From positions 1-64,000 of the IMG/VR virus record IMGVR_UViG_3300023179_000027: a DNA stretch of 64,000 bases; one strand, 5' to 3'. Both the position numbers and the translations under genes were made by a program. The stretch is from a virus (lineage: Duplodnaviria > Caudoviricetes). The notes under the pieces are model-generated. The model searched no databases. It saw only the letters and a list, made by a program, of their open reading frames with translations, and was not told the DNA's origin. Shown here piece by piece: positions 58,519 to 64,000 of this stretch (position 1 is its first letter; each line of letters opens with the position of its first letter).

Positions 58519-58689
58519 ATGGAATATCTAAAACGAGCCCAACAATACGCAGAAGCCCGCGGGGATGATAATTATTTCCGTGAAGCCTATACTGTATTGC
58601 GGGAAACTAATTCCGTAGAGGACAGTGTTTGGCGTGCGTTGGAATACCTTTATGATGGATTTATAGCAGATTTACTACGATTTAAGTAA
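58519..58689 (+). CDS. hypothetical early protein
   Basis: ATG after AAGGAG of the cassette. Confidence 0.7.
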   Translation: MEYLKRAQQYAEARGDDNYFREAYTVLRETNSVEDSVWRALEYLYDGFIADLLRFK

Positions 58690-58698
58690 CCCTACAGG

Positions 58699-58751
58699 TT
58701 GACAATAAATGGGTTTGGTAGTATACTATGGGTATAGTGAATAACAAGGAG
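58699..58751 (+). repeat. early promoter/RBS cassette type A, copy 3
   Basis: ttgacaataaatgggtttggtagtatactatgggtatagtgaataacaaggag. Confidence 0.9.
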
Positions 58752-58757
58752 TTGACA

Positions 58758-58985
58758 ATGGTTAGAGATACAGAAATCATCATACAAGGTCGTAAAGCTT
58801 TGGTTGCAAAAGAACATGTTAAGACCTTCCTTACAAAGCAAAAATTGGTTGCTGAGGCTAGCCGCCTTAATACTATGGTTGCTGAATGTCCTGAGGTACT
58901 TAAAGATTTACATAAGACTGTAAATAAAATCATGCGTATCAACCAAAAAATGCGCCGCGAGAACATTTTCGCTAAATTTGTCTAG
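58758..58985 (+). CDS. hypothetical early protein
   Basis: ATG after AAGGAG of the cassette. Confidence 0.7.
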   Translation: MVRDTEIIIQGRKALVAKEHVKTFLTKQKLVAEASRLNTMVAECPEVLKDLHKTVNKIMRINQKMRRENIFAKFV

Positions 58986-58995
58986 GATTCCTAGA

Positions 58996-59202
58996 ATGAA
59001 CGAACGAATAATTGACCTATATGAACAAGCCTCTGATTTAGAAAGAGATGTAGAAACTAGTAAAAAAAGTTATAGCGACCGCGTAACACTTAGATTTGCT
59101 GAATTGTTAGTAGCAGAAACATTAAAATTGGCAACTGAAAATATGGGCTATTCAGAATACATTCATGTTAAAAACCGTATTAAAGAACATTTCGGGGTTT
59201 AA
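58996..59202 (+). CDS. small hypothetical protein (FAELIV family)
   Basis: MNERI...FAELLVAE...IKEHFGV. Confidence 0.7.
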   Translation: MNERIIDLYEQASDLERDVETSKKSYSDRVTLRFAELLVAETLKLATENMGYSEYIHVKNRIKEHFGV

Positions 59203-59204
59203 GA

Positions 59205-59429
59205 TTGAACGAACGAGTTCAAGAACTTTGGCGGGCTTGTGTGCTAAAACATACCAAGGATCCTATGAACTGGCAGACGGTGGCTGATGAATTTGCCCTG
59301 TTGATTGTTCAGGAATGTCTTTTGTCATTGGAGCCTAATCTATACAGTAAAGAAATTGACTATGAGTTTGAACAACGATTTTTTAAACGGTGCCGAGATA
59401 AAATAGTAAAACATTTCGGAGTTGAATAA
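59205..59429 (+). CDS. small hypothetical protein (FAELIV family)
   Basis: MNERV...FALLIVQEC...IVKHFGVE. Confidence 0.7.
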   Translation: MNERVQELWRACVLKHTKDPMNWQTVADEFALLIVQECLLSLEPNLYSKEIDYEFEQRFFKRCRDKIVKHFGVE

Positions 59430-59438
59430 CCCTTGAGG

Positions 59439-59494
59439 TTGACAATAAATGGACTTGGTAGTATAATAGCATTATTGACAGTTAGATAACGGAG
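59439..59494 (+). repeat. early promoter/RBS cassette type B, copy 2
   Basis: TTGACA-17-TATAAT then agcattattgacagttagataacggag. Confidence 0.85.
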
Positions 59495-59500
59495 CAAAAA

Positions 59501-60223
59501 ATGTACTTTCGTAAAAGCTACAATAATCTCAGTAAAGGCAAAATCGTGCGTAATCAACGTCCAGTAATCAGCCATGTCGCTGACGATGTTTGGGCAAGTG
59601 CTTGTGCCGCCCAACGCATCAACGGTAGCTATGTCAAGTTGGTAACATCCTGGGCTACCAACGAGGAAATCCTTCCTAATTCACTACAACAGGCAGACAA
59701 AAAAACCAACCGTCAATTGATGTATGGTTTGCTCGATGACACCTCACAAATCACCGAACAAGACCGTGAACAAGGTTTGGCTGTTCGCCAATATTACAAA
59801 GCTTTTACTTTCAAAATTCTACAAGGTAAAAAATTGTCGGAGTTTGACAGTACTGCTATGAGCATTGCAAACCGTGATGAAATCACTAGCGATTATGATA
59901 TTGCTGTAATTGCCTCACTTCCAAGTTGTTACCTACGCAATGTGGAACGTGATAACCTTGATCGTAAAATGTCAAGTGCTAATGGTGGGTTGATTGGTAA
60001 AGTTGGAGACAAAGTAAAAGCTACGCTTGAAATTGTCAAAGTCACATTTAGTCAACAATACAATTGCTACTTTATTTCAGGTCTTACGGATAAGAACCAA
60101 GCAGTATTTTTTGCGTACAATCGTGAGGGTGTTAAGGTAGGTGACACTATCAATGTACAAGGTACAGTAAAAGCACACCGTGATGGTACTACAACCCAAC
60201 TTAATCGTGTAAAGGTAATCTAA
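59501..60223 (+). CDS. hypothetical protein with probable C-terminal OB fold
   Basis: GKVGDKV...VQGTVKAH..TQLNRVK. Confidence 0.7.
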   Translation: MYFRKSYNNLSKGKIVRNQRPVISHVADDVWASACAAQRINGSYVKLVTSWATNEEILPNSLQQADKKTNRQLMYGLLDDTSQITEQDREQGLAVRQYYKAFTFKILQGKKLSEFDSTAMSIANRDEITSDYDIAVIASLPSCYLRNVERDNLDRKMSSANGGLIGKVGDKVKATLEIVKVTFSQQYNCYFISGLTDKNQAVFFAYNREGVKVGDTINVQGTVKAHRDGTTTQLNRVKVI

Positions 60224-60423
60224 TGGAACTTCAACTTCAAAACGCTGACCAGCATAGAATCGCAGACCTATTGTGGAATGCTAAAGATCAAAAAGAGGTC
60301 AAGGTGATCTTACGATTGTTTGGACATGACGCACAAGTGGTTTACAACATGATGATGGCGGCATATTTTGACCAAATCGATGATACTGATTTAGCAGAAT
60401 CACTATTAAATAGTATTAAATGA
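60223..60423 (+). CDS. small hypothetical protein
   Basis: TAATG coupling. Confidence 0.65.
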   Translation: MELQLQNADQHRIADLLWNAKDQKEVKVILRLFGHDAQVVYNMMMAAYFDQIDDTDLAESLLNSIK

Positions 60424-60635
60424 AAATTCAACCTAAATATACACTGATACCAAATGAATATGCTGTATTCCCCATTGATGCTTGGAGTAGGAAACACATA
60501 CGCAACTTATGTGATAATCTTTGCGTTAAGTATGTAGAAATATCTACCACAATGAACGCTCCTGCTTTTCAATTTACTCAACAAGACTATAAAAATGTTA
60601 CAGCATTTCTAAAGGATTATACAGTTAATGAGTAA
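60420..60635 (+). CDS. small hypothetical protein
   Basis: ATGA coupling. Confidence 0.6.
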   Translation: MKIQPKYTLIPNEYAVFPIDAWSRKHIRNLCDNLCVKYVEISTTMNAPAFQFTQQDYKNVTAFLKDYTVNE

Positions 60636-60834
60636 CTTGGATAAAATTCTCAGTGATTCAATCAAAGGTATAGATAGTGCTTATAAAGACATGGCAGTAT
60701 GTCGTAGTATTGCCAAACACATAATAAAAGATTTGGATAACGAGTTAAGCAAACCCAAATGGGTTGGTGATGATGAGGGTTGGAATAAGGCTATTGAAGC
60801 AGTTAAAAAAGAAATCAAACAAAGGTATGTATAG
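60628..60834 (+). CDS. small hypothetical protein
   Basis: Overlapping operon ORF. Confidence 0.6.
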   Translation: MSNLDKILSDSIKGIDSAYKDMAVCRSIAKHIIKDLDNELSKPKWVGDDEGWNKAIEAVKKEIKQRYV

Positions 60835-61048
60835 GCAAGTGTCCAATTTAAGCAATACAGTAATAATAAAGGATGTAAAACCGACAGATGCATTGGACTA
60901 CAAATATGAACTTACCTCAAACGGATATGAATTGAATAAAGATTTTTCTTGGTATTGGAGAGCACCTAGTATACATGGAATAGGATCAGTTGAATTTTAT
61001 TTTTCTGATCCAAAGCTTGCAACTTTTTTTAGAATAAAATGGTCATGA
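60827..61048 (+). CDS. small hypothetical protein
   Basis: ATG 60827; C-terminal FYFSDPKLATFFRIKWS. Confidence 0.65.
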   Translation: MYRQVSNLSNTVIIKDVKPTDALDYKYELTSNGYELNKDFSWYWRAPSIHGIGSVEFYFSDPKLATFFRIKWS

Positions 61049-61057
61049 GAGGAATAT

Positions 61058-61189
61058 ATGTATAATTTCATTGCTGGTACATTTTTTGGTATTGTTATAG
61101 CAACGATTGGTTTTAGTGGTGTTGCCAAATTGCTTGACAATAGCGTAGATGTAGTTAAAAGTACTGTACAAGAACAAGCAAATAAGTGA
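61058..61189 (+). CDS. small membrane peptide (43 aa, not in ORF track)
   Basis: GAGG RBS; MYNFIAGTFFGIVIATIGFSGVAKLLD... Confidence 0.65.
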   Translation: MYNFIAGTFFGIVIATIGFSGVAKLLDNSVDVVKSTVQEQANK

Positions 61190-61227
61190 CAGGTTTTTAT
61201 AGTAAACGAAAGTCTAAGGAGTTAGAT

Positions 61228-61593
61228 ATGGGTCTTGATCAATACGCTTATATCGCAAACAAAGCCAACACTGAATGGAATGACGATTGCCGTCAGGATG
61301 TGGCATACTGGCGCAAGCATCCTAATCTACAAGGTTGGATGGAGAAACTTGCAGAACAAAAGGGTCTACATTATGACGTATTTAACGGCGTAGAACTTGA
61401 GCTTACTTGGGAAGATGTAGACAATCTAGAATCGGACATAAGATCAGGTGTATTGTCTATAATGGATACTAAAGGTTTCTTTTTTGGCAATCCTAGTGAC
61501 GATTACTACCTTGAACAAGACCTACAATTTTGTGTAAATGCAAAAGCAGAATTGTTTTTAGGTAGAAAAGTATTTTATAATTCAAGTTGGTGA
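61228..61593 (+). CDS. hypothetical phage protein
   Basis: AAGGAG RBS; MGLDQY..YWRKHPNLQGWM..FYNSSW. Confidence 0.8.
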   Translation: MGLDQYAYIANKANTEWNDDCRQDVAYWRKHPNLQGWMEKLAEQKGLHYDVFNGVELELTWEDVDNLESDIRSGVLSIMDTKGFFFGNPSDDYYLEQDLQFCVNAKAELFLGRKVFYNSSW

Positions 61594-61595
61594 AT

Positions 61596-62021
61596 ATGTT
61601 TAACAAATTAAAAGAAATATTACAAAGTGAGGGCTGGTATGTAGGTTGGGCATTACCTTGTTGTCAAACATGTGCTTGGGAAGAACTACCTCTTTTTCAT
61701 GAAGATGGACCGTTTGAAGGTAAGGAAATTGAAATACATAAAGTATTGTTTAGTCATGAACAGGATTGCCAATTGGATGTATACTTTGATGAAATCAAAG
61801 AGGAGTATATTTTACCTGACGGCTACACAAAGGATGACTATAGTACCTTCCCACATTATCGCCCACATGAAACAAATGGATCATTGTTTTGTTTTGCAGG
61901 AGATGATGAAGGTGTAAAAAACCTTATTGAAGTACTACCATTGATTGAAAAATCAGGATGTAAAATAGTTTGGAATCAAACAGGAAATATGAGACCATAT
62001 ATAAGTTGGGGAAAAGAATGA
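61596..62021 (+). CDS. hypothetical protein with CCxxC motif
   Basis: PCCQTCAW. Confidence 0.65.
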   Translation: MFNKLKEILQSEGWYVGWALPCCQTCAWEELPLFHEDGPFEGKEIEIHKVLFSHEQDCQLDVYFDEIKEEYILPDGYTKDDYSTFPHYRPHETNGSLFCFAGDDEGVKNLIEVLPLIEKSGCKIVWNQTGNMRPYISWGKE

Positions 62022-62365
62022 GCGGTTATGCATTGATTCGTAGGATAAGAATTTTAGAGGAAAAATGTGATGAGCTTGGATTTCGTATGTGCCAATCACG
62101 AGACTTTCATAATGAGTTTGGCGATACTTTAGCTATCAAACCAAAAGACGAGTGTTTACCAGTCTATAGCCGTGATGCTGAGTTATTCGTAGGGACAATA
62201 GGTGACTTAGAAAGGTTTATTCAAGGCATTGAATGGGCTAGAAAATACGATACAATGGTATTTGGTAGGTCACAGGACGACAAACGGGCACGTAAGGAAC
62301 AAGACTTTAAAAATAAACAATTGGTCAATATCCTTAAGGGTGAAAAGGTTGACAGTAAATCCTAA
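62018..62365 (+). CDS. hypothetical protein
   Basis: ATGA coupling at 62018. Confidence 0.65.
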   Translation: MSGYALIRRIRILEEKCDELGFRMCQSRDFHNEFGDTLAIKPKDECLPVYSRDAELFVGTIGDLERFIQGIEWARKYDTMVFGRSQDDKRARKEQDFKNKQLVNILKGEKVDSKS

Positions 62366-62377
62366 TTAAGCTATAAT
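62349..62377 (+). promoter_or_regulatory. sigma70-type promoter for ligase
   Basis: TTGACA-17-TATAAT. Confidence 0.85.
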
Positions 62378-62402
62378 CTAGTTTTACGCTAAGGAATTAA
62401 CT

Positions 62403-63737
62403 ATGTCTGCTAGTTGGATCGCTAAACTTAACGAAAGTGATAGTCGTTTACACAAGGAAGATGTACTTAAACAAGCCAAGGAAGCTATGACATTAGGTAG
62501 TGTCAATGCTATCAACTTTTTACAATTGCTAAAGATTTGCTATAACCCCTACGTTACCTTCGGTGTAAAACAAGTACCTGATACAGTTGGAATTGTAGAT
62601 GCAGAAAATCCTTGGAGTGATTTTCTTGAATTACTAGGTTACCTTGCAGTGAGAGAGTTAACTGGTAATACAGCCCGTGATGCAATTCAGGATATGAGTG
62701 AACGGTTTGATAGTGTTGAATGGAATAACTTTTGTGCTCCAGTCATTCGCCGTGATATGAGAGCAGGTATTAGTGATAAAACAATCAATAAAATCTTTAA
62801 GGATACTGAGTACGAAATCCCTGTGTTTGGTTGTCAACTAGCAACCAATAGTGAGGGTCGTCCTGAAATGAAGGGCACTAAGCGACTAGAGCCAAAACTA
62901 GATGGAGTGCGAGTATTGCTTAAAGTTGTAAATATGGGTGATACTATTGTAACTGATTGCTATAGCCGTAATGGTAAGGTGTTTGATAACTTTAAGCACA
63001 TTGAAAAACAAATTAAGGACAATTTTAACAAAATTATAAGACAAGCTGGTACTAGTAACCTAAGCATGGGTTTTATGTTAGATGGTGAAGTTATTGGTAA
63101 TAGTTTTCAGGAGTTGATGCGTCAAGCACGCCGTAAGGAAAATGTTGATAACGATGACAGTGTATTTCATATTTTTGATATTATTCCTATTGAGGATTTT
63201 CGTCGTGGGCATTGGAATACACAATTGAGCAAACGTATTAAAATCCTTGAAAGCATCCGAAGTGTTGTAGAGACTATGCCTAATGTTGAATTACTACCGC
63301 ATATTATGGTAGACTTAGACACGGCCGCTGGGCGTGATCAACTTGAACGTTATGCTAAAGATCAGGTCAATGCAGGCTTTGAGGGCATTATGATTAAGGA
63401 TGTTAATGCACCATACGAATGTAAGCGTAATACATTTTGGATGAAATGGAAACCTACCATTACAGTAGATTTGGAGGTGGTCGGTGTTGAAGAAGGTACG
63501 GGAAGAAATATTGGACGCCTGGGAGCATTGGTTTGCTTTGGAATTGACGACGGAAAAGAAATTTCAGTCAATGTGGGTAGTGGTTTTAGTGACGTTGATA
63601 GAGATGAGCTATACGCTAATCGCAATTTGGTCATTGGTCGTACTGTTGAAATCTTATGTGATGTAATTACACAAAACCAAGATGGTAGTTACAGTTTGCG
63701 TTTCCCTAGATTTGTGAGGTTCCGTGATGATAAGTAA
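62403..63737 (+). CDS. ATP-dependent DNA ligase (T4 gp30-like)
   Basis: EPKLDGVR adenylation motif, LDGE, EGIMIK, KWKP, SLRFPRF. Confidence 0.96.
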   Translation: MSASWIAKLNESDSRLHKEDVLKQAKEAMTLGSVNAINFLQLLKICYNPYVTFGVKQVPDTVGIVDAENPWSDFLELLGYLAVRELTGNTARDAIQDMSERFDSVEWNNFCAPVIRRDMRAGISDKTINKIFKDTEYEIPVFGCQLATNSEGRPEMKGTKRLEPKLDGVRVLLKVVNMGDTIVTDCYSRNGKVFDNFKHIEKQIKDNFNKIIRQAGTSNLSMGFMLDGEVIGNSFQELMRQARRKENVDNDDSVFHIFDIIPIEDFRRGHWNTQLSKRIKILESIRSVVETMPNVELLPHIMVDLDTAAGRDQLERYAKDQVNAGFEGIMIKDVNAPYECKRNTFWMKWKPTITVDLEVVGVEEGTGRNIGRLGALVCFGIDDGKEISVNVGSGFSDVDRDELYANRNLVIGRTVEILCDVITQNQDGSYSLRFPRFVRFRDDK

Positions 63738-63747
63738 GTATAGACCA

Positions 63748-64000
63748 ATGGATGTTCAAAAAGTTTTTAGATTAAAGCATTATGTGCGATATGGATTCTT
63801 ACCAAAGAGTTATAACTGGAAACCATATCAACAATACGTTTTAGATAAGCAAATAAATCCAAACAGTGCAATAATAAAAGCATTTATAGTATTGCATTAT
63901 CTTGCTATGCATTCGCCCGAAAAGGTTCAAGTCAGGTATAAAAGAGCATATAATCGTTTTTACAAAATACACTTTGGCTCAGATAAAGCTAATATGAAAT
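63748..64000 (+). CDS. hypothetical protein (3' truncated by window)
   Basis: ATG 63748, frame open to the window end. Confidence 0.5.
   Translation, partial: MDVQKVFRLKHYVRYGFLPKSYNWKPYQQYVLDKQINPNSAIIKAFIVLHYLAMHSPEKVQVRYKRAYNRFYKIHFGSDKANMK

Noticed and set aside
58162-58760. Three ORFs sharing the N-terminus MGIVNNKEL (possible leader-peptide/RiPP family)
   Set aside because: The shared sequence is the repeated promoter/RBS cassette. That ATG abuts the -10 box upstream of the likely TSS, and real starts follow AAGGAG at 58192, 58519 and 58758.
57799-59494. CRISPR array interpretation of the direct repeats
   Set aside because: Repeats are about 53 bp, contain promoters, and are separated by whole genes of unequal length; no cas genes are present.

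Overview
AT-rich 64 kb segment of a large T4-like (myovirus-type) phage genome using the standard genetic code. The host is probably a Proteobacterium, inferred from the host-like IscU and sigma70 promoters. Layout: (1) 1-9.5 kb: nrdA/nrdB/glutaredoxin, a PAAR spike protein, a large virion protein, a SleB-like wall hydrolase and iscU. (2) 9.5-38.7 kb: a ~29 kb enzyme island with 10 radical SAM proteins, 13 2OG-Fe(II)/AspH-like oxygenases, an amidinotransferase, a PLP aminotransferase, an epimerase, a methyltransferase and glycosyltransferase-like genes. Many of these genes follow T4-type late promoters placed so close to the ATG that the mRNAs look leaderless. (3) 38.8-53.5 kb: 26 tRNA genes (19 amino acids, no Ala), several structurally aberrant, interleaved with cargo genes and unexplained structured RNAs. 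(4) 53.5-64 kb: small early genes behind repeated promoter cassettes, then DNA ligase. The top candidate for a new system is an unannotated 41-codon leader ORF (38779-38904). It uses 19 amino acids and 31 different codons, and its last codons can pair with the 5' arm of the terminator in front of the tRNA region. This would make it a ribosome-stalling attenuator that senses loss of almost any tRNA. All calls come from manual reading; no searches or folding programs were run.
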